From Catajapyx aquilonaris (lineage: Eukaryota), in the NCBI GenBank assembly GCA_000934665.2, contig KZ538193.1, positions 1-64,000 on the forward strand: 64,000 nucleotides of DNA. The letters run 5' to 3'. Below are positions 1-13,115 of the stretch, piece after piece. Position 1 is the stretch's first letter, and every line of letters starts with the position of its first letter. The translations under genes and the position numbers were made by a program. The notes under the pieces are model-generated. The model was not told the origin of the DNA, made no database searches, and saw only the letters and a program-made list of their open reading frames with translations.

Positions 1-178
1 GGCGATCTCGAAAACGGCTGGGAAATTCGCGGTTTTGAGGATTTTTGGATATTGTAACCCGGTGGCAAGGAATCCAACGGCGTAAGTCCGACGTCTCACC
101 GACCCCGGGAAGTGCGAAATCTTTTTCATCCTATATCCTCCTCCTCGGCGTGGGGCTTTATATATATTAGATTAGATA
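1..178 (-). mobile_element. Possible non-autonomous Helitron-like fragment (5' end), truncated by window edge
   Basis: The minus strand from about 178 reads TCTAATCTAATATATATAAAGC, resembling Helitron 5' termini. ATCTCGAAAACGGCT at 5-19 resembles motifs in arthropod Helitron-derived repeats. CAAGGAATC(C/T)AACG(G/C)CG recurs at about 66 and 279. Pattern resemblance only. Confidence 0.3.
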
Positions 179-410
179 GATAAAAGGAAGATTGTCAGTT
201 TGGATGTTTGTCCCTTATAGAAATCCAGGGGAAGGCCCCTACACCGCCTTAAATTAGCATATCGGGGGTTACTTTTTCCAAGGAATCTAACGCCGCATGT
301 TTCAGCTTCCGAAAATGTACCTAACTCCCACAACACGCATATTCCTGCCTCAACAATTAGCTTACATCAATAACAATAAATCAATTTGCATTCCCATGGA
401 AATGCCTCTC

Positions 411-730
411 TTTTTTTTAGCTATTTACCTCCCTGCATCGTACCGCAGGGAGGGAACCTTTATTTCGTCTTGATGGAACCTTTTTGACGTAGCGCCCAGG
501 CCCTCGGGCAGGGTGACTGGGAGGGGATGTGCAAGGTGCAAGTGCAATTCTCAAACGGTATATTTTGTGAACTCCCCCGGGTGAATTAGTCTGAGGAGAT
601 TCCACCCGAAACGAAGCCAGAGACGACTCAACTCTGCACGGGATGAAGGAGGGAACCCCGGGCTGGGATCGAACCCGACGTTTCTGCAGCGCCACTTTGT
701 CTCCCCTAGGAAATGCCCTTATGCCACAAT
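411..730 (-). mobile_element. tRNA-derived SINE-like element
   Basis: On the minus strand: B box GGGTTCGATCCC (676-665), A-box-like TGGCATAAGGG (726-716), about 300 bp body and an A8 tail (418-411). GGAAATGCC occurs at both ends (about 397 and 709) and may be a target-site duplication. Confidence 0.5.
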
Positions 731-864
731 ACCTAGCAAATTAAACCATCTCCGTAAATTCAGCGCATTCACCAATTACGCTAATTGGCCACCTCACGTG
801 ACTTCGTAAAACAAATATGACAAAATCTCCCATCATACATCTGTACGTACATTTCTAAAGTTAT

Positions 865-1227
865 TCAGAGCAAACATATGGAACAAGGTGGGGGTGTGAA
901 GTGGGGTTGGGGGGGGGGGGGGGTCAAGGGGTCAAAAATGCAGGGGAAAAAACACATGGCTGTGCAGTCTTTTCCTGGGCCAACTCCATCCGCATTCCTC
1001 CTTTTACACATCCAATCAGAATATCCGTGTCGACTGTACGCTATAAGACAAGCAGGTAATCTATCACAGATATGTATACCCCTATCTTTACCAGCACCCC
1101 AACATACCCGGGCAACCTCACTATTTTCCTCACTATTTTCCACAATGAGAGATATGTTATGATTTGTCCCAGCAGTAACAACACTGGCCATCAGGAGGCC
1201 CAACAACACATATTTAACTGTTTCCAT
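865..1227 (-). CDS. Putative secreted cysteine-rich peptide precursor (signal peptide + acidic propeptide + Cys-rich mature region)
   Basis: ATG in strong Kozak context GCAGCCATGG. N-terminus METVKYVLLGLLMASVVTA looks like a signal peptide. Acidic spacer ENSEENSEVAR ends in Arg. All 9 Cys lie after it. A candidate 5'-UTR splice acceptor (ttggcttttccag) lies about 55 nt upstream. The C-terminus crosses homopolymer runs and is uncertain. Confidence 0.55.
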   Translation of the reverse strand: METVKYVLLGLLMASVVTAGTNHNISLIVENSEENSEVARVCWGAGKDRGIHICDRLPACLIAYSRHGYSDWMCKRRNADGVGPGKDCTAMCFFPCIFDPLTPPPPQPHFTPPPCSICLL

Positions 1228-2656
1228 GGCTGCGATTCAACTGACTTTTGCCACGTATGCTGCTTTCTATCCTGTCGACTTACTGGAAAAGCCAATCAAT
1301 TATTAGAAAGGTAAATGTTACGTTGTGGAAAAGGAAATGTTGGGAATGTCGCATGTGTGCCCGGCAAGGATAGTTTATGTGACAGCAAAATTGCTTAGTT
1401 TGTGCCTGGAAATGCGCGACAACGTTGGTGTGTAATTAGCAGGTTTACCGTAGTTGCCGGAATATTATCCTGACTGACCACGATAGAAACGTACGTATAT
1501 CGATTGAGAACGTGATATCAAATGAATCGCAGATTTTTAAGAGGAGGTAAGTCGTCCAAAATTTCTCACATGTATCAAGGCACTTATTCTTTCGGTGGAC
1601 ATTGCCACGATGGAGACCAAGACGGATTCCATGGTTTGGATGAATCCTTCTCACCAGCCAAAATAAAAAATAAAAAATGCCAAGACCAGGTCTTCTGAGA
1701 CGAAATTCTTGGCGACAGTCCACACATGGCCCCCTGAAACGTCACTTGTCGGGAAGAGGGTTTACCAATGACGAGGAGGTGAAATTAATGGTCATCATCA
1801 CCTGGCTACTCGCACTTGACCCAAAATTCTAGGCTGGGGTATGGAAGACTTGGTGTAACGGTGGGACACGTGCTTGTACTGACTGGAAGATTACAGTGAA
1901 TACTAATGACATTAACCATATCTTCAATATACTGTATGTGCGAAATGTGAGATTGTCACGTGACCGAGAGAGGGGGAACAACTTTGGGGCGTCCCATATG
2001 AAAGTTTGAAACTGGCTATTTCATCTTACGTAGGATCCACATTTCTGTAGCCAAAATATTCCTAGCCACAATGGCGACATGAAACACCGATGTTCTTTTT
2101 TGTACACCCGGTATATAGGGTGTGTTCTTCTACTATTAAAACTTTCCAAAATAAAAAAAATGTTTTACCTTACTTTCCGGACACCCTTCGTACTATAATG
2201 TTTGCTGTTACTGTTATATAAGGCAATGCGTTATGTGCCGAGGGAACCTCTGCTTTAAACTGTACTTAGCTCTCCTTGCTAAATGTCGGCTCAGAATTGC
2301 CACTCTATTTCGCAAATATCTTGGCAGTGCGTCTCCCATGTGAAAGGCAGGCAAATTCCTATATTATAATTTGATCATAATATATTCTACACACTATTTC
2401 CGTCTTTCAGGACTAAATAATGGCCAATGACGTCTATTACCGTTTGATAAAGCAGTTATGCTATTGCTAAGAAGCATCGCGAGGGGATATTTTGTTATGA
2501 TGACTTTGTCTCACCTATATGACAACGGAGTTGTCTACCCAGCCGGAAACTGCCTGTCATTCACATGGTGATATAGCCAAAGAGTATATAATATTCCTGG
2601 GTCATGGAATAAGGACTGTACACCTGACAGGCAACGCATCAAAGTAACGTACTATA

Positions 2657-2759
2657 ACTATATCGCTCAAAAACATAGAGACGATTTTGCATTTGACTCA
2701 AGTGCAGCCTGCACTGGAATCAAATCCAAAATCGTCTCTATGTTTTTGAGCGATATAGT
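2657..2759. repeat. 103 bp near-perfect inverted repeat (hairpin or MITE-like)
   Basis: ACTATATCGCTCAAAAACATAGAGACGATTTTG and its exact reverse complement form the arms (33 bp). Pairing continues imperfectly to the centre (AGTGCAG-C-CTGCACT). The CTATATCGC...GCGATATAG core is followed by TA. Confidence 0.85.
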
Positions 2760-2842
2760 ACATGGAGCGTGTGTTAGAATCCATTTTTTTCAGATCATAC
2801 CATTATGAGGGAATAGCTGACCTCCTTATAATTAGTTATTAT

Positions 2843-3189
2843 GGGGAGGTGTAGATGGCCGAGATGGTAACGTCTGGCTTGCTTAGTGAAAGGCCCCGGT
2901 TTCGATCCCCGCCTGGGGAACTTTCCTTTCACCTGCGTCAGGAGGGTCTCTGACCTGCACCAAGGAGGTGTCTGGCAACCTAACCTCCTGGGGAACAGCA
3001 CATGGCCCAGTTTGAGACATTGCACTTGCACCCGTGTCCCCTCCCCAAAAATCCCTATCCTTTCCCACTGTCCTTGTTTCCTTGCCTGGCGAATGAAGCG
3101 AAAATGTACAGAAAACTGATGGTGGTATGCCACCCCCCTATAGCTCCCGTAGAGGGACATCACGGGGTATAATAAATAAATAAATAAAA
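2843..3189 (+). mobile_element. tRNA-derived SINE-like element
   Basis: tRNA-like head with A box TGGCCGAGATGG (2856-2867) and B-box-like GGTTTCGATCCC (about 2898-2909), about 270 bp unrelated body, and an (AATA)n tail at about 3171-3189. Confidence 0.7.
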
Positions 3190-6100
3190 TTTAATTATTA
3201 TATACTCCAATTATAGATTCATAATTATGCACACATCACATGCTCAGTCAGCAGGTTGCACTAGTTTTGCTCACCTTTTTGTTACTTTAAATCTTAGCTA
3301 ACTGTTGACCACGTCACATGGTAAATTCAGCAGTCTATTGCATAATATGCACTACTGTACACTATATACTGACTGATTCCTTACTTAAACATGATCTATC
3401 TCCGGCGTAATCTACTCCTTGCTCAATATGCAACAATATGATCTTATCTCGCCAATATGCACCGTTGCACCGAGTAGATTAATGATACGGGCACTGCCCA
3501 CGTTTCTATAGTTCAAGCAACAAAAGATACCGATACTCGATCGCACTTTAGCCTGAAATTCTTGCAGCAACTATAGGTATAAATACTGCTGTACTTGAAT
3601 AATGCCAAATAATTTACTATAGTGATATTATTTCACCAATTGAAAATCCGATAACATGGGGGTGTTACAGCACTTTTCCTCCTTTGCGATGTCACCCCAG
3701 CTGAGCAAGTTGTCCCTGACTGAGGGTGATTTCCACCCCGTGTAATGGGCCTCCCTTTTTATACCACCATCAGCAGGTTGAAGTGCGGGTTCTGTCGCGT
3801 TGATAAAGTGGCCTCAACTGGCAAATGACACTCAGTGGGCGGTAGTGGGAATCAATGAATAGGAGTAATAGACAAGGTGGGCTTGTTAAAAGCCCTTCCC
3901 TTCAGCCTCTAATATCGTCCTCATTTCCTCGGGTCCCGCCGAACCTGAATAGCAGTCGCGCGGGGGCCAAAATTACTTCGTTATGAACTTGTCTACAAAA
4001 GGGGCGTTTCTTGCTCACAAAAGAAATCAGAATTCGCCCCCCCCCCCCCTTTCCATCCCATCCCCTCCTCCCTTGCTCTTTCATACACGATTTTGGCAAC
4101 CAGAGTACTACGCTTAAAAAGAAATGTCTTTGATCTTGTTCAGCTCCTTTGACAGCCTCCCGTGGAACGTGTTAAAAGTGACAAAGATGGAGATTTAGCC
4201 ACCTCTCTCTCTACTACTGTATGATGGCGTCGATATGGATTTTTTTTTCTCTCTCTTTTTTTTATCATCCCCCTCCTCTTTTTGTACCCATATATAGAGG
4301 GTGCTTTATTGAGAGGCAGAGAGTCGCAATCGTCGTCAGCGACACTGAAATTCCTTCCGGCCTTTCAGTCGCTCATTACGAACAATTGAGCAGAAGGGAA
4401 AGTGCTTTCGGAATGCGCTATTGATAACGCGGCCCTTCAAATTAGGAGTATTATTATCCATTAAGGCTGCCCATTCGCTCGGAAAGTTGTAATGTGGCCC
4501 CCAGCATCGATTATGTAGCTCTCGACTGCGCCTCCTGCTTGTATCCTTTATATCTGTCGGATAATTGCAGACTTGAAGCGCCCTGAGTAATTTCCTCAGT
4601 TGGATCAAGCTGGCAGGCAGAAGTCCCTAGATTTCTATGGGAGTGGGGGTCAAACCCGTGTAATGATGGGTCAGATAATGTCGGAAATGCTACCCGACAA
4701 GTGGAAGTCTGGGGAGGGTGCTGGAGAGAGGGACAAATAGCTGTAATTTGGGTCGGGTAAATGATTTAATCAAGAGTCTTTTCATGCATGATTTACGTGA
4801 ATAGAGTCAATTACATTGGTTGGGGGGAGGAATTTAATTCTGGGCGACTGGACAGCATTTATTTTGGCGTCGAGTTGTAGAAAGAATGGGGCCAAAATTT
4901 GGCTTTGATTTTTTATGGCACGTCATGCGGGCAAACTTAGTCTCTCGTTACTTTTATCAGGATTCATAAAAAGGCTGTTAGGTTATCAAATCACGTCCCC
5001 TGCGCTCTCGTACTGTGAATATAGTTGCTGTCTTATGAAGTGAATTTTGGTAACTACTTTTGCTGATTTGCAATGGGTTTTATTCTTCCTACACTTGAAA
5101 TGGCACCGAATCCTTTTCAATCCAAATTTTCTGCCAATTATGTCAATCGATCATTTCGGAACGAATATTTTCCTATAAGCAGTAAAATATTGCTCAAATC
5201 GCGATGGTGACCGTACAACTTACCAGACAAATTGAGATGTAAAATGAGGCACATTTGGTGCGACCTCTTTTCTTCCACACTGTTATCAGCTCCAAACGTG
5301 ACACTTGCAAAAAATGTAATTATTTCAGTCATGGTGTGGAGACTGTGGACTAAACCGGAAGACAATGCAGGACCACAGGTGAGTTTCTACAAATTTTTTC
5401 CAAGTTTTTCTATCATTTATATTGCGCTTTGACATAGAAATGTATTTAAACAATTCTGCGAGGGAATATCAATTATGACAGACCTTGTGCAAGGTATCAT
5501 CCTGCCTGGCAGGTACACGCGATCACCGGTTCGGATAACTCGCATTTGCTGAAATTAACGTATAGCCCCTGTGCTGCCAACTGGGTAGATGCCACATTAT
5601 CAGATATCCGATCCATGCAGAGGTCCGTAAACTTTTAATCAGGCTGTATCAAAGAGCAAGTCGGGTCCCCACCGGGGAGGCAGCTGACAACAGAGAAGCT
5701 CCCCCTTGCAACACACACACAAAAAAGCAAGCACTGAGAGAGAGAGAGAGAGAGATTACGGATAAAATGAGAGGGGGGGGAGGGAAAAGTTGGCGACATG
5801 TCGCGATCTGTCTCCCGCAGTCGCCCGAGCCTTCAATGAGCTGGCTCATAATTGCTACTTAGCTAGAATTTCTCACCCATTGATGCGTTTTCAGTTGGGG
5901 GTGTGCGGCTAACATGTTCGTGTCAGCTCAGCAGCAGAGAGTCGAGAGGAAAAGAAGGTTACCGCAGGAGCACAATGGACAACTTCTATTTCAGACTCGA
6001 TGCGACACAACTCAAAAGTCACATTTTATTGACGCTCTCAGATCATAGAGGCTGATGGGAGATTATTTTTTTTTACAAAAATTTACAGTCTCGAAAAAGT

Positions 6101-9100
6101 TGTTGATTTGTCTTTTTTTGGCATAGAATGTCCTTAGTTTGTCCCCGGTGCCGCCCTCCAAAGTCTTGTTATTGATTACAAAATTGATATGAAGCCAATT
6201 ACGTTGTTCATCCAGGGGGCACTGGTGTTTTTGATTAGGTAAAAGTAGGCAAAGGGCCTTTCTTGATGCGCTCCATGTGGTTTCCGAGCCTGTAATTGAG
6301 TCTTGGGATCCTGCGGGAGGCGAAATTATGCCAAGGCCCGGAGTTTGTAGCAACTCTCGGGGGCTCTCTCTGTGACATGTTCAGTGCGCATAGGCATAGC
6401 AGGCAAGCCCCAGCTTTGCCTCCGGACTCCAAAAATTATTACTTTGCCGACCAAGAGCCAGAGAGAAGCAATTTGGGGGAACTGTAGTTGCTCTCTGTAT
6501 GTATTCAAATCCGGGGACCTGCCACTGGAAATGGCCATGTGCCCCTCCCCCCTCCCCTTTTTAATGTTTTTTTTTTTATTTAAACCTCCTGGCAGTTGAA
6601 GGGGGGGTTATGTGAAAAGGTAGCCTGGGGAGGGGTTTGCTTTGTGAAAGGAAACTGTGTTGTATATATGCTTGTGAAGGATATTTGTCCGGCATGTCGC
6701 TTGTGGAAAGTTCATCGCTGCCTGTGAAAGGGCTTTTCGGTGGCCTCTGATGCTGTCAAATGTCCAGGAAGAATGTAATTTAGTTGGTTCCGAATGATTT
6801 TAACCGCAGAAAGAGACGCAGAAGTACGGAGTTTTTGGACATTTTTTTCGAACGTTATATGCATTTCCAGGGTTTATTATCTGAGAGGATTGGCTCGGCG
6901 AGGTTGGACGGAGGGCAGGAGCCTTTGGCGTACTTGTTACGTCTTTAGGAAAGGAGAATTGCTTCTAAGAATGTACAGTATGAGATCGAATAAATTGAAA
7001 GTCATATTTTACCTAAAGCATTTCGTGTTATGTCATGTGATGAATGAGTAAAAAAATATCATAATTGGGGTGAAATAGTGACAATTTCTGAAGATTACGC
7101 GAATCATTTTAAGTGTAGATTATTTTCTCCACACCACTGAAGTATGTTGATTATGTTTGAAATATTGTCAAAATAATTATTTTTTAGAATAACAAAATTC
7201 ATGTTTTCATATGTTGGCGGATATGCTGTTTGTCCACCACTGACCAATTTCCCATGTTGTGGATCAATTCTCTTTTCTTATTATAGGAAGGTTCAAAATT
7301 AAGCATTAAAAATAAATTTCCTCAAGGAACCCATGCTACATGTACTACTTTTCAAATCAGTTGTTATAGCTTGAATTACAGTTATTTGTGACTTTGAAAA
7401 ATTTGTCACGTTATGAAGAATCATTTTGAATTCAGCTTATTCACTTTTCAAATTTCAAAAACATAGGTATGCTTTATTTCTCTCCGTGATGCAGGTGAAG
7501 GTTCTCACATGAACATCTGAAGTGTCTCATAACTAAAAAAATATCATATTTTATGTGATGACAAAAATAGTTATTAATTCATCTTTATATATAAAAAGGA
7601 AAAATCATACTAAAGCCTAACAATTGATGCCTGGACATTTGTACGTATACCCATGCCATGGGAGAAACCTACCACGTATCTATTAATACAGATAATATCA
7701 TGGACAGCGAGTAAGACTTCTTCTGGTTGACCTGCCGCAGCCCAAGAGAGTGTCACAACCCGCTAGTCCCCCCCCCCCCTTCCTGTATAACTGAGGTCAT
7801 TATGAAGTTGGTGGAAGCGCCGAATGTCAGCGAGTGTGTTTGGCCTCTCCTTTCACAAAATATGCAACGAGGATGTCATTAGATTCGGGAAATGCAGTTC
7901 GGAAGCCAATAGCGGCTCTCAAAGGGTTTGTGTGGTTGCTCATAAAACAGTGGAACCTCATCAAGCCTGATTTAGGCGGTTGGTTCTAAGTGAACACTGC
8001 TGCTGCTGCTGCAATGACTCATTCGACTTGATGCTGCTCCTCTGATACATACAGAGCCAGGATATAGACCCGACTCTATCTGTCAGTGCTGTTTATTGTG
8101 CGATTTTAATTGGACACTCCAGTTTGCAAGAGTCTGCAGCAAAGGTCTTTGCTGCTGCAGCAGGTAATGATTCTTTCCCCTCTCCGAATGTACCGCACAA
8201 TATTATACAGCCTGAATGCATATTATGTATTAAACTGCCGTTTTAAAGCTAATCGGAGTTTGAGCTGAATTTCATTTGTTGCTGAATTAGAATCTCGTTA
8301 GGAATCGCTCATGATCCATGCTTGGAGGAAATGAAGGATTCAAACTTTCTTCCTCTTTCTATTTCCGCCTCCTTTTTATAGAAGACTTTTTCCCCCCCTC
8401 TCAGAGTGGAAAGACATATATTCTGTTTGGGTGGGTGGGGCCGGGTTCCGATGATGTCTCCAATCCTACTTGAAATTCCGGCTCAGCTTGCAAGTCTGGA
8501 AAATTTCCCCTCCCTCAAACACCGTCTCCTCATTGAAGCAAGGGAGGGGGCGAATGAAAGCTGTGCCAAAAGATATCAACTTCCAGGCCGTATTTACCTT
8601 CTTCTTGTCCCTGCCCAATTTTCTATCGTATAAAAGATGAAGAAGTTAATAAACCCGGCAGATGAAAAATACACCAGGGTAGCGAGCTTTGATTAACGTA
8701 GTTACAAACACTAAAGAAAGACGATGGCAAACACGGCGAAGGTTCAATAAAGTCCCTAGACAGACGCAGAGTGTGACTTCACTGAGCGAAAAGGGGATCT
8801 TAGGATAGTAGAAAGAGAGAGAGAGAGAGAGAGGAGGGGAGGTGGGGGAAGGAGGGGAAATGGGGAGGGAATCCTCTTGACTTTCCCGCCCTCCGGGGAG
8901 CAATTGATGTTTTCCGCTGTTCCTTCTTACGTTGACTTTGAATGAGCCTACGAATGACTGCTTCCAAAGCCTCCTCCCTTATGCACTACTTTTTTTGTGT
9001 GTGTAAAACTTCACAAATGTCTTACCTGTGCTTGCCAGTTTTCAAACGTGCCGCTCATTACCTGTAATATGTACAATCAGGGCTGGTTTTATTGCTATGC

Positions 9101-12100
9101 AGATAGGTCGGCACAATTTCGCCTGCAAATCAGAGCCGGAATTATTATGTGTGCTGGAGATAAGACGAGTGTGCACATCTACAAAATGAATCGTGTTTGA
9201 ATAAATTAAGGGAGGGGTCGCACTTTATTAGCCAGACAAGGTTGTGTGGAATTGAGTACCGAGATAAAAAGTAAATAATGGGAGTAAGGTTGAATTACAC
9301 GCATTGTGAAATTAGTTTCATAAGAACATTTTGGACAACCACAATCTAAAGATGATCAGAAGTGCGGCACATCATTTGGCAATTCAGCAATAACCTTGTG
9401 ACTAAAAACTAGTTAAAGCCCCCCCCCCCCCCCCCCCACACCACNTGCAAGAAAGTGATGAAATGAGCATTCTGGGTACCATATAAAAAAGCTCTCCAGC
9501 AGCCCCCCTGGACCTTTTTTTCCTAATTTCCAAAAGCGAACTAGTGGAAAATTGTGAGGCGCAAAGTTGCTGACATTGTCATTGGGAGGGAAGGATTCCG
9601 AAATGGGTTGGCTTGGCTTATACAAAAGTAAGCCCGATATTAAGGGGGCTGCTGGAGGGGGAGGGGCAGCTGACATAAAAAGAGTTATGAATATAGAGAG
9701 TGATGGAGGGGCGAGGGAGAAGGGAAGGGAGGCCGAGGGGTGCGGAACATTTCATTTCGTCTGTCGAAGCTATTTGAGGAGTTGAGAGTGAATTTTGATC
9801 TTTCCAAAATCCGCGATATTAGAGTGGATGCTGAAAAGGACACTCGACGCGTCGAATGGGGAGGTTCATATTCAGCACGTTTGCGGACCCAGCTGTAATT
9901 TCCGGATAATCCGATTCTTCAAGACGGGTGTTCAAATGAAGAGTTGGCAAGAGGAGGGTTTGATCAGTACTGTACGCCCCGTGATATGAGGTTTAATAGA
10001 GAAGCTTTTGATTCCAGGGCCAGAACCGATCGGGCTGGCTGAAAAGCGGATATAAAATCTTTTTTTCGTGTCAAAAGAAGGCAGAGAGAGAGACGAGAGG
10101 AAAAAAAATCGAAACGTTTTATTTCGAGACACAAAAAGGGGAAGGCTCAGGGCAAAGGTAATTGAGAAAGCCTGATTCTCCAAACGCTGTTTGTTTAAAC
10201 TGCATTTTCTTCCTAAGAGTTTGTGGTTTTTTGAGCCTTTCTCCCAATGCAATAAAAGCTGGCCGGGACGAAAATTGCGTTTGTGGGACCGATTTTCTCC
10301 GGCGATAAAAGCCAATATCAAGCCTAAAACTTGGTCCTTCCCCAAGTCCCGCTCTCTCAGTCTCTTTAGCACCTTCCAAGTTAATCCCATGCATTGCAGA
10401 TTTCCTGCAATATTATTCAATTTGGGAGGGGACTTCATCACTTTGCTCCGGGTGAGATGGCTCGAGTTGCCCTCTCTTGTTGACGATAAAACAGTCGCCT
10501 TTTATGCACGGTGGAACATCGTTATTGGGCTTCGATTGTTAGGCCCTGTTGACACAAGGGTCCCCCGAACGTGCCCTGAACTGAAAGCCGATGCTGGATG
10601 GATGCTTTCGGAACGACGCCAAGATGAACTTTCCTTCAGAAGAAGCTCAGGAAGATTGCTGGCAGGGATGCTGCAGCTGAAGGATAGGGGGGGAAAGGAT
10701 AAAAGATGGGCTGCTGTCGAAGGGTTCTTTAGACACACATCACCGGGCTGTAGTTGCGGTTTCATTTTCTCTCGTCGGATAGAGAGAGGAAAAAGGGAAT
10801 TGCAAATATGCATGGGGTGCTAATGTCAGGGGAAGTGGGCGTTAGTGAAGTGAAAGCTGGATTCTGCTGAATTGCAAGCTGTGAAGCATTTATTCCTTCT
10901 TGCTCAATGGATTCGTGGGAGTGGAAGATGTTGCGATTCATGTTCTGCGTATAGTTAGCGTGCTGAAATGTGACTGATTTTGGCAATTTATGCTTTGTTC
11001 CGGAGTTAATATCTTTAGTTTACACACTGGGTCATCCTGAGATTTATTTCACCCATATAAAACACCTGCCTTAGGTTCAGGATGTCACCTAATAATCATG
11101 TGTTAACATTAATGATCCGGTAACTCCGTAATGGCCATCCGAAATGTTTTTACTGTTACGTCAATAACATTTATTAATTCCATGTTGGAAGCACCGTTAT
11201 TGTCATTCAATAGCCTATAACTAATGTATCATTTACAGACGAAATCAGGCTCTTAGACATTTCAGTTGTCATCAGAGACAGATGGTGAACGTGATGAAAT
11301 TCTTGTAATATTCCGACACAGAGTGAATGCCATAGATGTAGATAACATTTTCTGGCCTGAAGCACATAGACTAACACACCAGCTCATACTTTAGTACAAT
11401 AGTCGTCACGTCTGCTGCATTCCAATAGTATTTGACCCTCCTGCTGTTGGCTAGTGAGAACCAGGTTTCCTGGATGTTGTTGGCCCAAAGGAAAGAAGGA
11501 TATAGCTGGGGATCTTCTCACTTCGAAGAGGAATCCGGAGGAATCTGTTAATCCGGTCTCGTGTCAGGGACAGGGAGCTTCCAGCAGGGCAGTTTAGGAA
11601 AAATGCAGCTTATCTTCCTTCTTCGTCAGCAAATACATGAACGCTTTTGCTCATTTTCAACAGCTGTTTAAATCATTAGAGAGTTTATTGAGTATTAGAG
11701 CCTACAGGTGAATCAATCACTATGATTTCATTCTAAGTTATTTGTAAATGAATTTTAATTTTAACCCAAAATATACCAAAACTGAGATGGCTACAGAAAA
11801 ATGTTTTCCTGAGTTCTTTCAGGAAGCATTCTGGAATAGGTTAAATAATAATGAATTAACAGACGTTAGAAAGTACAGTACATTGTATTGCATCTTCACG
11901 ATGCTGTTTCAATTCCTCGATTTATAACGTCCTATAACATATAATGAGAGTGATATGCTTAGAGTGGGGACTCGATGCACTTGTGTAATCTACGCTATTA
12001 AGCAATTTATTAAGAACATCTGTCATTTCCTAAAAAGATAGCAGCAGGCAATAGGGCAAGTACCCTCGATAAATGTTATCGACAGATGTTTACGGACACA

Positions 12101-13115
12101 CCAAATAACGGACTTTTAATTGACACAGATCTAGATTGCATCAGGTCGCTACGGCAACGCTGCAAAGGTCGAATTAATCTGCTGATGGAGACTAAATTCT
12201 GCGATGATTTATAAGATGTCACAAGTTTGCAATGTATCTTGCAGTGTACAACAGTAGAAGTTTTAATTGCTGGGATATTTTGTAGCCCAGAAGAAAAGAG
12301 GATTGAAGGCCAGGTGAAAAGTCCATTACCCTTAAGTCGATTCCGTCTTGGGCAGCAGACGAGTTGACGGCTGAGGTGAATGTTCGACATGAGAGCAGTG
12401 ATTACACTCATTGTGTTGAGCACCAGGACAAGCATCTAAATGGAGATCTGTCCTAACCCCCAAAATGCGATTAAACACGAAGAGGCTCGAAAGGGGGAAA
12501 GGCAAAACTGGATTTAGTCACTTGGAACAACCTTTTCAGAGGGATTAGTGAAGAATGGAGAGGAGACCACAGGTGCCATCCCACCTATTAATCTGAGCTG
12601 TTGGAGCTGTTTCCAGTTCCTACCCATTAGTTTTGGGTAGGTGGAAATAGACGATGAAACGTAGCCCCCATTTTAAATGAGTGGCACTAATGTTGGAATG
12701 CAGTTTTAGCAGAGCCCTCCCTCTGGCTGACCTCATGCTGCGTGGGTCGAGGGCACTACCTGCTTCCCCAGGGTGTCAAATCCTAATGGCATTAGTTAGA
12801 TCAAGAGGTACCTGTCATTCACTCAGGATTTAAAATACCCCTTTTGCGATTGGAAACTCAGATATGGGAAGGATGGCCAGCCAGACTCAGTTGCTTTTTT
12901 GTCGTTGTTTTTCGAAAATGTGGTGTTCCCGTTTGGCTCTGCTGATGGGCACAGGTGAAAAGTGAGCATCTTGTTATTTCAATGCTAGTAAGTCCATGTA
13001 AAGGAAAGCTTACGATATAAATTTTGGATGAAGATGATATATGATCGTTGAATCCAATCTGTATAATCCGGGAAGTTACTGGCAGAGAATGTAAAGAGCC
13101 CATGCCCACAAGGCC

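Noticed and set aside
2843..2920. Possible bona fide tRNA gene
   Set aside because: No clean cloverleaf or acceptor stem and no T-run terminator. It continues into a body and (AATA)n tail, so it was called a SINE.
10191..10823. Longest ORF in the track (210 aa, +) and overlapping 169 aa ORF (-)
   Set aside because: The 210 aa ORF has a non-ATG start; neither shows a recognisable domain or splice context, and composition looks like translated non-coding DNA.
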